Source of the DNA: a virus
Length of the DNA stretch: 44,341 nucleotides
Virus genome (UHGV): UHGV-0173462
Direction: 5' to 3' (one strand)
The notes under the pieces are model-generated. The model was not told the DNA's origin. It was given only the letters and a program-made list of their open reading frames with translations, and made no database searches. Of the stretch, positions 1-7,425 are shown in pieces (the stretch's first letter is position 1; the number at the start of each line of letters is the position of its first letter). The position numbers and the translations under genes are program-made.

Positions 1-821
1 CCTATATGTTGATATTTATCCGGATTATTTTGAATGTTTTCTGTAAGTTTTTTAGCATTTAAATATTCTTGGTAACTAGGAGAGTTTGGGTCTTGTTGTT
101 CGGATTGCTGATTATTACTTTGTGCTGTTTGCACTTGCTTACCTTGCGTACGTTCATTATTACCATTATTGTCTTGTGATTTGCCATTATCATTTTTAGA
201 TGTGCTTTCTGATTCGTTATTCGCAACATCTTTATTACCTTCTTTTGAACTACTAGCAGAATCGTTTGTAATATCATCTGCTGCAGAATAATCTATGGTC
301 TTTAGTTTACTAATATTTATTTTCTTGGTACCCAGTTTTTTACCCTCTGTGCCTTTAGTAGCTTTAAGTGTCACTTGCTTATCATTTTCTAATTCATAAG
401 TAATAATACCTTTAGCAGTTTTACCTTTCTTAATTACATCATTGTTGTGTTTGTCCCATTCTTCGAATTTACCAGTATTAGGCGTTGGACCAACTTCAAG
501 TTTACTTTCAGTATTTTCACTATCTTGTGTAGTCTCCATCGATGCTATCCAAACATTCATTGGTGTGATTTGTTCGTCCCCGTCTTTGCTTTTAACTTCG
601 TATTTAAAAGCTAATAGTTTCTTACCATTATCCAAATCCTTATCATTAACTAAAAATGTATCTTTTATTTTTAAGACAGCTTGATCTAGGACTAAAGTAT
701 CATTAGTGAATTGTACTTTGTTTTCATCAACGGACGTCGACTTTTTTGAATCGTTATTGTTGTTACTACATGCCGCTAAAACTAAGAAACAGGATAATAA
801 AATAAATAAGACTTTTTTCAT
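1..821 (-). CDS. Phage-encoded lipoprotein, N-terminal and central part (start ATG at 819-821; ORF runs off window start and continues at 44239..44341); ~307 aa total
   Basis: Hand translation of minus strand: RBS GGAG (rc of 833-836) then MKKVLFILLSCFLVLAACSNNNNDSKK... (signal peptide + lipobox LAAC). No stop down to position 1; frame continues across the circular junction. Not in ORF track because it is edge-truncated. Asn/Ser/Gln-rich low-complexity C-terminal half. Confidence 0.65.
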   Translation of the reverse strand, partial: MKKVLFILLSCFLVLAACSNNNNDSKKSTSVDENKVQFTNDTLVLDQAVLKIKDTFLVNDKDLDNGKKLLAFKYEVKSKDGDEQITPMNVWIASMETTQDSENTESKLEVGPTPNTGKFEEWDKHNNDVIKKGKTAKGIITYELENDKQVTLKATKGTEGKKLGTKKINISKLKTIDYSAADDITNDSASSSKEGNKDVANNESESTSKNDNGKSQDNNGNNERTQGKQVQTAQSNNQQSEQQDPNSPSYQEYLNAKKLTENIQNNPDKYQHI

Positions 822-876
822 TTTACATTTCTCCTCTGAATAAATATTTATATTAAAGCGCCACAAAGGACGCTTA

Positions 877-1488
877 TTAAAACAGTTTTTGACTTGCTAC
901 AACTCTACCAATTATTTTAACTTCGTCATCTTCTCCGTAAACTTGAGGTAAATGTTCTGGGTTGTTTGATTCTGGAATTAAGATAATTTGATTCTTGTTA
1001 TATCTAACTCGTTTAACAGTAGCGTTATAACCATTAACCATAACGACGCCTAACTGACCATTTTCTACTATAGAATCTTTTTCGACTACAACTACATCGT
1101 TTTCTTGGAAAATTTTATCCATGCTATCGCCAGACACTCTCAAACCAAATTCTTCTTTGTCAGAATTAAGATTTTTAGTAGCGAAGTATATGTAATCAAC
1201 TAAATTTTCTTCACTATAGATAGGTAATCCTGCAGATATTTTTGAAACAACTGGTATCTTTTTGACTGGTAGGGTTTCTAGTTGAGGTTGTTCGATATCC
1301 ATAATTTCCTCTGGTTTAATATTTAACCCTTTACAAATTTTGATGACATTTTCTACCTTAGCATTAAATACTCCTCTTTCTAAAATAGATCTAACAGTTG
1401 TATAAGCTAAACCAATTTCTTTTGAAAAAGCTTTTATACTCCCAGATTTCAATTCCATAAGTCGTTTTAAATCTTTTTCTTTAGTCAT
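877..1488 (-). CDS. cI-like repressor, N-terminal HTH_XRE + C-terminal LexA/S24 peptidase autocleavage domain
   Basis: 203 aa; HTH near N-terminus (SIKAFSKEIGLAYTTVRSILERG); S24 motifs GDSM (Ser nucleophile) and downstream Lys (VKRVRYNK); divergent from cro. Confidence 0.9.
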   Translation of the reverse strand: MTKEKDLKRLMELKSGSIKAFSKEIGLAYTTVRSILERGVFNAKVENVIKICKGLNIKPEEIMDIEQPQLETLPVKKIPVVSKISAGLPIYSEENLVDYIYFATKNLNSDKEEFGLRVSGDSMDKIFQENDVVVVEKDSIVENGQLGVVMVNGYNATVKRVRYNKNQIILIPESNNPEHLPQVYGEDDEVKIIGRVVASQKLF

Positions 1489-1520
1489 TTTCGTTTACCT
1501 CATTTCTAATTTGTACCTAT

Positions 1521-1549
1521 ATAATACCATGCGAAAAATCGTATATCAA
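1521..1549 (-). promoter_or_regulatory. Candidate leftward (cI) promoter: -35 TTGATA (rc of 1544-1549), 17-nt spacer, -10 TATTAT (rc of 1521-1526)
   Basis: Sequence read on minus strand; overlaps operator copy O3. Confidence 0.4.
1531..1544. promoter_or_regulatory. Operator-like site O3 (GCGAAAAATCGTAT), variant of the ACGAAAATTCGT palindrome
   Basis: Third related copy in the cI-cro intergenic region. Confidence 0.4.
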
Positions 1550-1583
1550 GTAAAAATAAAAATAAAAAATGCGAATTTTAGTG

Positions 1584-1612
1584 TTGACTAAGTACGAAAA
1601 TTCGTATACACT
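1584..1612 (+). promoter_or_regulatory. Candidate rightward (cro) promoter: -35 TTGACT (1584-1589), 17-nt spacer, -10 TACACT/TATACA (~1605-1612)
   Basis: Consensus-like -35; spacer coincides with operator O1. Confidence 0.45.
1593..1606. promoter_or_regulatory. Operator O1: near-perfect 14-bp palindrome TACGAAAATTCGTA
   Basis: Inverted-repeat half-sites ACGAA/TTCGT; identical copy at 1657-1670. Confidence 0.55.
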
Positions 1613-1656
1613 TTAGTTAAGCAATCGGAAAGGTTGCTAAAAATTATAATTTGAAA

Positions 1657-1670
1657 TACGAAAATTCGTA
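1657..1670. promoter_or_regulatory. Operator O2: TACGAAAATTCGTA, just downstream of a TATAAT hexamer (1645-1650) and upstream of the cro RBS
   Basis: Exact repeat of O1. Confidence 0.55.
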
Positions 1671-1684
1671 TTAGGAGGGGTACT

Positions 1685-1900
1685 ATGTTGAAGAATTTCA
1701 ACGATATTAGAAAAGAGAAAAAAGTATCTCTGGTTGATTTAGCAGACTTATTAGAAGTCAGATACCAAACGGTAGCAGATAAGATAAATGGCGTTTCTGA
1801 TTTTAAATTTGGAGAGGCATTACTTATTAAAAATGAATATTTTCCAGAGTATGACATTGAATATCTTTTTGAAAAAGAAAAAGAACACCAAACAACTTAA
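1685..1900 (+). CDS. Cro-like HTH (XRE family) transcriptional regulator
   Basis: 71 aa; HTH VSLVDLADLLEVRYQTVADKING; RBS AGGAGGGG; divergent from cI. Confidence 0.8.
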   Translation: MLKNFNDIRKEKKVSLVDLADLLEVRYQTVADKINGVSDFKFGEALLIKNEYFPEYDIEYLFEKEKEHQTT

Positions 1901-1912
1901 GGAGGAATTCAA

Positions 1913-2077
1913 ATGAAAGAAGAAAAATTAGATACGATTTTAAAAATAATAGAAGGCATGCCTAAATACGAGTGGGACAGAATTGCACATGAAGTTAGCA
2001 AAGCTTACAGCCATAAGACCGTCAAGGTAGAGCTTGACAGTCATAGCTGTAAAACAATTAGAAAATCACTTAGTTAA
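1913..2077 (+). CDS. Small hypothetical protein (54 aa)
   Basis: Strong RBS AAGGAGGAATTCAAATG; below the ORF-track size cutoff; hand-translated MKEEKLDTILKIIEGMPKYEWDRIAHEVSKAYSHKTVKVELDSHSCKTIRKSLS*. Confidence 0.45.
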   Translation: MKEEKLDTILKIIEGMPKYEWDRIAHEVSKAYSHKTVKVELDSHSCKTIRKSLS

Positions 2078-2272
2078 AACTTGAATGAAACTAGGGTGGA
2101 TTCGGTAATTCACATTATCAATTTTAATGTTGATGTAGTTGAAATTGAACAAGTTATCGATTTGTTCTTTATACCAAAGGTTTGCATCTGTATATGTGTT
2201 ATCAATTACAACATCATTTGATTCAGATAGATTTACCCATTCGCCAAGTAAACAAGCATAAATGTTTTTCAT
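2066..2272 (-). CDS. Hypothetical protein (68 aa), opposite-strand moron-like gene with its own promoter
   Basis: Internal start MKNIYACLLGEW... preceded by GGAGGTGATTTT-ATG (rc); upstream on minus strand TTGCAT-18-TGcTATACT promoter (within 2295-2335). Confidence 0.5.
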   Translation of the reverse strand: MKNIYACLLGEWVNLSESNDVVIDNTYTDANLWYKEQIDNLFNFNYINIKIDNVNYRIHPSFIQVLTK

Positions 2273-2321
2273 AAAATCACCTCCTTTTATAAGGAGTATA
2301 GCAGAAAGGAGCATAAACAAT

Positions 2322-3062
2322 ATGCAAGATTTACAAGTATTTAATTTTGAAAAATTACCAGTAAGAAAAATAGAAGTAGATGGAGAACCATATTTTTTAG
2401 GTAAAGACGTGGCAGAAATATTAGGTTACACAAGATCTGATAATGCAATTAGAAATCATGTTGATGATGAAGATAAGCTGACGCACCAAGTTAGTGCATC
2501 AGGTCAAAAACGAAACATGGTAATCATCAACGAATCTGGTTTATACAGCTTAATCTTTGACGCTGCTAAACAAAGTAAAAACGAAAGTATTAGAAAGAAA
2601 GCTAAACGTTTTAAACGTTGGGTAACCGAAGACGTTTTACCTACATTAAGAAAAACTGGAACTTATCAAATATCTAATGATCCAATGCAAGCATTAAAAC
2701 TGATGTTTGAAGCAACGGAACAAACCAAAGAAGAAATAGCGACTGTTAAAGCAGATGTTATTGATATCAAAGAAAATCAAAAGCTAGATGCAGGAGAATA
2801 CGGATTGATAACAAAAACAGTTCACCAACGCGTTGCTTATATCAGACAAATTCACGGACTACCTAATAATAAAGAAGTTAACAAACCTTTATATAGAGAT
2901 ATTAACAGTAACGTAAATACGATGGCTGGTATTAAAACAAGAACACAATTAAAACAAAAACATTTCGATGACGTAATGAATATGATCACAAATTGGTTTC
3001 CATCTCAATCAACAATCTATGTCATCAAACAATTAGAAATGGACTTTGAAAACGAAGTGTAA
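2322..3062 (+). CDS. Phage antirepressor (Bro-N/AntA-like N-terminus + KilA-C-like C-terminus)
   Basis: MQDLQVFNFEKLPVRKIEVDGEPYFLGKDVAEILGY... is a classic Bro-N/ant motif; RBS AAAGGAGCATAAACAAT-ATG; longer ORF-track start at 2262 lacks an RBS. Confidence 0.8.
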   Translation: MQDLQVFNFEKLPVRKIEVDGEPYFLGKDVAEILGYTRSDNAIRNHVDDEDKLTHQVSASGQKRNMVIINESGLYSLIFDAAKQSKNESIRKKAKRFKRWVTEDVLPTLRKTGTYQISNDPMQALKLMFEATEQTKEEIATVKADVIDIKENQKLDAGEYGLITKTVHQRVAYIRQIHGLPNNKEVNKPLYRDINSNVNTMAGIKTRTQLKQKHFDDVMNMITNWFPSQSTIYVIKQLEMDFENEV

Positions 3063-3074
3063 GGAGTGATAGCA

Positions 3075-3284
3075 ATGGAATACATTGGATTTGCGGACGC
3101 TATCGAGTTTGTGAAAATAAGTGGAATTTCTAAAAACGATTTAGAAAAGCACGTTTATAGCAATAAAGAGTTCCAAGAGAAATGTATGTTTAGATTTGGC
3201 AAGAATCATAAACGCTACATCAAGATTAGACCGGCAATTGACTTTATAGAACAAAATTTAATGGTGTCAGAAACGGCACTTTAG
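3075..3284 (+). CDS. Hypothetical protein
   Basis: ORF track 3066..3284; internal ATG at 3075 has RBS AAGGAGTGATAGCA. Confidence 0.5.
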   Translation: MEYIGFADAIEFVKISGISKNDLEKHVYSNKEFQEKCMFRFGKNHKRYIKIRPAIDFIEQNLMVSETAL

Positions 3285-3297
3285 AGGAGGTTTACCG

Positions 3298-3507
3298 ATG
3301 AACAAACTACAACTCATTAAAATAGCACTCCTAATCGTCATCTTGGCGGAGGAGATTAGAAGTGCTAAGAAGAAAACAATTTTATCTTCTTATTACAACC
3401 AAATTACTGTTTATAATGCAAAAAATAAACCAGTTGTAACAATTGATAATACTGAGACACCAATAAATATCAATGATAATTATAAAGTGTCGCTGATACC
3501 TAATTAG
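3298..3507 (+). CDS. Hypothetical small protein (hydrophobic N-terminus)
   Basis: 69 aa, RBS AGAGGAGG. Confidence 0.5.
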   Translation: MNKLQLIKIALLIVILAEEIRSAKKKTILSSYYNQITVYNAKNKPVVTIDNTETPININDNYKVSLIPN

Positions 3508-3731
3508 CCCTTAGGTGGATAAGGATCATTACCGTAACTATTGCGTTCTCGTATTCTACCGTCTCTACCATGAATGAATAACTCTGATTTACTTTTCTTG
3601 GCAGCTTCAGTTCCCCAATTAATTGCATCGCGCTGAGTAGAGAAGTTTTTAGAATTTTTTGAGGACCCTTCGGTTTTAACTCCCCATGAGCCATCGCTGT
3701 TATGGATTACATGTTTATTTGATTTACGCAT
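3504..3731 (-). CDS. DUF2188-like small protein (opposite-strand moron)
   Basis: MRKSNKHVIHNSDGSWGVKTEGSSKNSKNF...FIHGRDGRIRERNSYGNDPYPPKG; RBS GGGGTGAATCAATA-ATG (rc); own extended -10 promoter TGtATAAT on minus strand (~3751-3762). Confidence 0.6.
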   Translation of the reverse strand: MRKSNKHVIHNSDGSWGVKTEGSSKNSKNFSTQRDAINWGTEAAKKSKSELFIHGRDGRIRERNSYGNDPYPPKG

Positions 3732-3796
3732 TATTGATTCACCCCCAATCCAACGCAGTAGCGACAACAACATTATACACGAAAGGAATGGTTTTT

Positions 3797-3901
3797 ATGC
3801 CTGAACATATCCAACAAATGTTATTTGATTTCGCATTAGAAAGAGGATATATCGAAAAACTTTTAAAAATGAAAGAAGAGAAAGAAGAGGATGATAAATG
3901 A
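3797..3901 (+). CDS. Very small hypothetical protein (34 aa)
   Basis: Internal ATG of ORF 3686..3901 with AAAGGAA 10 nt upstream; speculative. Confidence 0.25.
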   Translation: MPEHIQQMLFDFALERGYIEKLLKMKEEKEEDDK

Positions 3902-4041
3902 AATATCTATTAAGTTACATGACGATGTTTATCGCAATGATCATCACATTACTTTTAGGAGGTGGTTTCTTTACGGTAATAGCATTTTCAATGTTAACCC
4001 TTATTTTCAGCAGTTTCTTCTGGGAAAGTGGCTTGAGATAA
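3898..4041 (+). CDS. Candidate 47-aa hydrophobic membrane peptide (alternative to ORF-track 3891..4073)
   Basis: MKYLLSYMTMFIAMIITLLLGGGFFTVIAFSMLTLIFSSFFWESGLR*; RBS AAGAGGATGATAA-ATG; overlaps the 60-aa ORF-track call in another frame, only one is likely real. Confidence 0.3.
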   Translation: MKYLLSYMTMFIAMIITLLLGGGFFTVIAFSMLTLIFSSFFWESGLR

Positions 4042-4134
4042 CAAAAAAGACTGAAACTTGCGCCAACAAGTAACAGTCAGAATCTAATCAAAATATACAA
4101 CTTAATTTAATCAAAATATACGGAGGTAGTCAAG

Positions 4135-4407
4135 TTGAGACACAAATTATTAAAAACGGCCAATGATTTAAATAAATTGATTTTGCATAGTGATGAAAAA
4201 GTGAAAGCAGAATTTCATACTTTTGATAATGGAGAAGTTGGTATTACCTTTTGGCACTATTCTCAAAAATATGAAAGTAATTGTAATCATCTGAATTTCT
4301 ACGAATTTTTCACAGATGAAGAATTACAACAAAAATTTGAACTAGCAAAAGAAGTCATTGCAGGGGAGTGTTTGATTGATGAAAGAAACAGTGACATATC
4401 TAATTAA
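4135..4407 (+). CDS. Hypothetical protein (TTG start)
   Basis: 90 aa; RBS ACGGAGGTAGTCAAG-TTG; preceded by two direct repeats TAATCAAAATATAC. Confidence 0.55.
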   Translation: MRHKLLKTANDLNKLILHSDEKVKAEFHTFDNGEVGITFWHYSQKYESNCNHLNFYEFFTDEELQQKFELAKEVIAGECLIDERNSDISN

Positions 4408-4603
4408 ACTGAAAGACGCTCCTTTCGACCTGTATATCACTAATAAACCTAACAACGAAGAAGATACTTCTTATTCAAGAGATAGACGGAGAGCAAGAGA
4501 ATTTGCAGGACTAGAAGATGTGAGTATCGACATGACTAAGCACAGAGCAATTAAAAAGAAAGTAACAGAAACAACTGAATATGAGGAGGTTGAGTATGAC
4601 TGA
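4376..4603 (+). CDS. Hypothetical protein
   Basis: 75 aa ORF, translationally coupled to the ERF gene. Confidence 0.5.
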   Translation: MMKETVTYLIKLKDAPFDLYITNKPNNEEDTSYSRDRRRAREFAGLEDVSIDMTKHRAIKKKVTETTEYEEVEYD

Positions 4604-5267
4604 ACAACTTAATTTATATCAAAAAATAGCTGACGTTAAAGCTAATATCGAAGGGTTTACGAAAGACACTAAAGGCTACAACTACAGTTACGTAAGTGGA
4701 TCTCAAGTATTACACAGAATTAGAAACAAGATGATTGAACATAATCTATTACTCGTACCAAAAACATCAGATGAAAACTACAAGCAAATCGAGGTTACTA
4801 GATTTAACAAAAAAGCGTCTCGAGAAGTTACAACATCAGAGTTTGTTGTTGAGATGAAATTAACTTATTTATGGATCAATGCAGATAAACCAGAAGAACA
4901 ACTTGAAGTGAACTTTTATTCTGTAGGTCAACAAGATGATGTATCGAAAGCACATGGTACGGCATTAACGTACGCAGAACGTTATTTCTTAATGAAATTC
5001 TTCAATATCCCAACTGATGAAGATGACGCAGACGCAAAACAAAAGCAAGAAAAGTACAACAAAGTAAGTAGTCAAACAGTCGGCGTTCTAAAAGAAGAAA
5101 TACTTAAATTTGTCGACTTGATGAAATCGTTAGGAAAAGAAGTATCTCAACAACAAGCAGAACAAACTTTTGGCATACAAAACTATTCGTCAATGTCAGA
5201 ACAACAAGCAATCAATACAATCAACAAAATTCAAACAATGGCTAAAAAATATACGGAGGCGAAATAA
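4596..5267 (+). CDS. ERF-family single-strand annealing recombinase
   Basis: MTEQLNLYQKIADVKANIEGFTKDTKGYNYSYVSGSQVLHRIRNKM...GTALTYAERYFLMKFFNI matches ERF signature; RBS AGGAGGTTGAGT-ATG; immediately upstream of SSB. Confidence 0.8.
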   Translation: MTEQLNLYQKIADVKANIEGFTKDTKGYNYSYVSGSQVLHRIRNKMIEHNLLLVPKTSDENYKQIEVTRFNKKASREVTTSEFVVEMKLTYLWINADKPEEQLEVNFYSVGQQDDVSKAHGTALTYAERYFLMKFFNIPTDEDDADAKQKQEKYNKVSSQTVGVLKEEILKFVDLMKSLGKEVSQQQAEQTFGIQNYSSMSEQQAINTINKIQTMAKKYTEAK

Positions 5268-5680
5268 TGACTAACTTAACAATTTTGACAGGACGTATCA
5301 CTAAAGATTTAGAACTTAAACAAGCGGGACAAACACAAGTAACTAACTTCTCTATGGCAGTGGACAATCCATTCAAAAAAGATGACACATCATTCTTTGA
5401 CATCGTAGCGTTTGGCAAAACTGCCCAACTATTAAACGACTATTGCGGTAAGGGAAGCAAAGTTTTAATCGAAGGCAACTTGAAGCAAGACCGTTTCCAA
5501 GATAAAGAAGGTAACAATCGTTCAGTAGTACGAGTAATTGCTAACAGAATTGAATTTTTAGATAGCAAAGGTAGTAATCAACAAAATAGTCAATCTCAAC
5601 AACAAAGAGGACAAGCACCAGCAGGCAATAACCCGTTTTCTAACGGCACAGACATAGATAATTCAGAATTACCGTTCTGA
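5267..5680 (+). CDS. ssb: Single-stranded DNA-binding protein
   Basis: OB-fold N-terminus MTNLTILTGRITKDLELKQ..., Gln/Gly-rich linker and acidic C-terminal tip DIDNSELPF. Confidence 0.9.
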   Translation: MTNLTILTGRITKDLELKQAGQTQVTNFSMAVDNPFKKDDTSFFDIVAFGKTAQLLNDYCGKGSKVLIEGNLKQDRFQDKEGNNRSVVRVIANRIEFLDSKGSNQQNSQSQQQRGQAPAGNNPFSNGTDIDNSELPF

Positions 5681-5693
5681 TTGGACTGATTAG

Positions 5694-6368
5694 ATGGTAG
5701 TAATAAAAAACTACATTACAGAAGATGACGGTACAACGACTGTAGTCATCAAAGGAGTAGAACTAGATAACAAAACATCATTGCTTTTAGACAACGGTTA
5801 CGAAGTAGAAGCAGATGTAAGAGTTGTAGATCCATTCAAGATTACAGATAAGCAGCGTAGAAAAGTATTTGCTCTCTGTAACGACATAGAAGCTTACACA
5901 GGACAACCACGCGACTATATGAGGTATTTGTTCATGGATTACGTAGAAGTTCTCTATGGCTATGAAAAACGTCTCTCATTGAGTGATTGCACAAGAGAAC
6001 AAGCTAAACAAGTTATAGAAGTTATTCTCGACTGGGTGTTTCACAACGATATACCACTTAATTATAAGACGAGTGACTTACTCAAAAATGATAAAGCATT
6101 TCTATATTGGTCAACAGTCAATCGTAACTGTGTTATCTGTGGTAAACCACATTCCGACTTAGCACATAGATTTGCGGTAGGACGTGGCAGAGATAGAACG
6201 AAGATCAATCATTTCGGAAATCAAGTGTTAGCTCTATGTAGATCTCATCACAACGAACAGCATCAAATAGGCATGGACGCATTTAATAACAAATATCACT
6301 TAACAGACAGTTGGGTGTCTGTGGATGAACGACTAAACAAAATGCTGAAAGGAGTGAGAGATGATTGA
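5694..6368 (+). CDS. DUF968-like / HNH-type zinc-finger nuclease-like protein
   Basis: CVICGKPHSDLAHRFAVGRGRDRTKINHFGNQVLALCRSHHNEQH (C..C...H...H motif) common between ssb and rep genes in staphylococcal phages; recognition by motif only. Confidence 0.55.
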   Translation: MVVIKNYITEDDGTTTVVIKGVELDNKTSLLLDNGYEVEADVRVVDPFKITDKQRRKVFALCNDIEAYTGQPRDYMRYLFMDYVEVLYGYEKRLSLSDCTREQAKQVIEVILDWVFHNDIPLNYKTSDLLKNDKAFLYWSTVNRNCVICGKPHSDLAHRFAVGRGRDRTKINHFGNQVLALCRSHHNEQHQIGMDAFNNKYHLTDSWVSVDERLNKMLKGVRDD

Positions 6369-7066
6369 AAGAACAACCTAACTATTACTCAATCATTCCA
6401 GCACACGTTAGATATGATAAAGAGTTAAAACCAATGGAAGTTATTATGTATGGCGAATTAACTGCTTTGTCCAATAAATACGGATATTCATATGCTAGTA
6501 ATAACTACTTTGCAGAACTATATAACGTTCATAAAAAAACTGTATCTACTTGGATAAGCAACTTAAAAGAAAAAGGATATATCGACACAGTGGTTATTAG
6601 AGATGAAAACATGACTGTAACCGAACGAAGAATTTATATTACAGCACCCTATCCGTCAAATCATGGAGAGGGGTATCCACAAAAAAGTGGAGACCCTATC
6701 CATAAAAAGACGGAAGAGAATAATACAAGAATTAATAATACAAGAATAAATAGAGACAGTGACGAGACATCAAAATCATTTCAATATATTAGTAATAACT
6801 TAGAAATCATACAAAGTCCATTAAAAGCACAACAACTAGAAGAAGCTATAAAGGATTTTAAAGATAACAAACTAGAGATCGTTACTGTAGCTACTGATTA
6901 CTGCAAAGAAAATAGCAAAGGTGTTAACTACCTTATCAAAGTATTAGAAAACTGGAGTAAAGACGGTGTCGATACTAAAGAGAAAGCAATATCTAAAGTT
7001 AAACCTAGAAACAATAAAGAAGATGATTACCTAGCTAAGAAGAAACAGGAACTATTAGGAGGTTAG
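6365..7066 (+). CDS. Replisome organizer / replication initiator (DnaD-like, phage_rep_org_N-type N-terminus), TTG start
   Basis: YYSIIPAHVRYDKELKPMEVIMYGELTALSNKYGYSYASNNYFAELYNVHKKTVSTWISNLKEKGYI; contains internal tandem iterons (6719-6748). Confidence 0.7.
   Translation: MKEQPNYYSIIPAHVRYDKELKPMEVIMYGELTALSNKYGYSYASNNYFAELYNVHKKTVSTWISNLKEKGYIDTVVIRDENMTVTERRIYITAPYPSNHGEGYPQKSGDPIHKKTEENNTRINNTRINRDSDETSKSFQYISNNLEIIQSPLKAQQLEEAIKDFKDNKLEIVTVATDYCKENSKGVNYLIKVLENWSKDGVDTKEKAISKVKPRNNKEDDYLAKKKQELLGG
6719..6748. repeat. Tandem 15-mer AATAATACAAGAAT(T/A) x2 inside the replisome organizer gene; candidate origin iterons
   Basis: Directly visible tandem repeat encoding NNTRINNTRIN. Confidence 0.4.
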
Positions 7067-7071
7067 ACATT

Positions 7072-7425
7072 ATGTCAATGACTGAACTAGAGGCAATTGA
7101 AATCTTAGAGTTAATAAATAATGTCTACGATATGAAATTCAATAAAATTAAGTACAATCTTTGGGTAGAACAACTCACACAATATGGGGATTTCGACAGA
7201 ACACTACACAAAACAAAGAAATATGTTAGAGAAAGTCGTTATAAACCTACGATTGCACAAATTATTGATCGCAAACCACCAGAAATGAAAAGCGCAGTGA
7301 TACCAGAAGAACAAACTGATAAATATAGAATGCAACACGATAAAGAGTTTAGAGAGAGAAGGCAACAATTAAGAAAACAATGGCAAAAGATGAAAGAGGA
7401 TTGGGGGTTAGATGATGAGTATTGA
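7072..7425 (+). CDS. Putative helicase loader (SPP1 G39P-like position); hypothetical
   Basis: 117 aa between replisome organizer and DnaB helicase; called by position only. Confidence 0.4.
   Translation: MSMTELEAIEILELINNVYDMKFNKIKYNLWVEQLTQYGDFDRTLHKTKKYVRESRYKPTIAQIIDRKPPEMKSAVIPEEQTDKYRMQHDKEFRERRQQLRKQWQKMKEDWGLDDEY

Noticed and set aside
59-684. ORF-track calls 59..277(-) and 442..684(+)
   Set aside because: Both lie inside or antisense to the long edge-truncated lipoprotein ORF (821 down to 1). They have odd composition and no RBS, so are likely spurious.
1588-1857. 89-aa minus-strand ORF across the operator region and cro
   Set aside because: It overlaps the cro gene and the promoter/operator cluster on the wrong strand, has low-complexity sequence and no SD.
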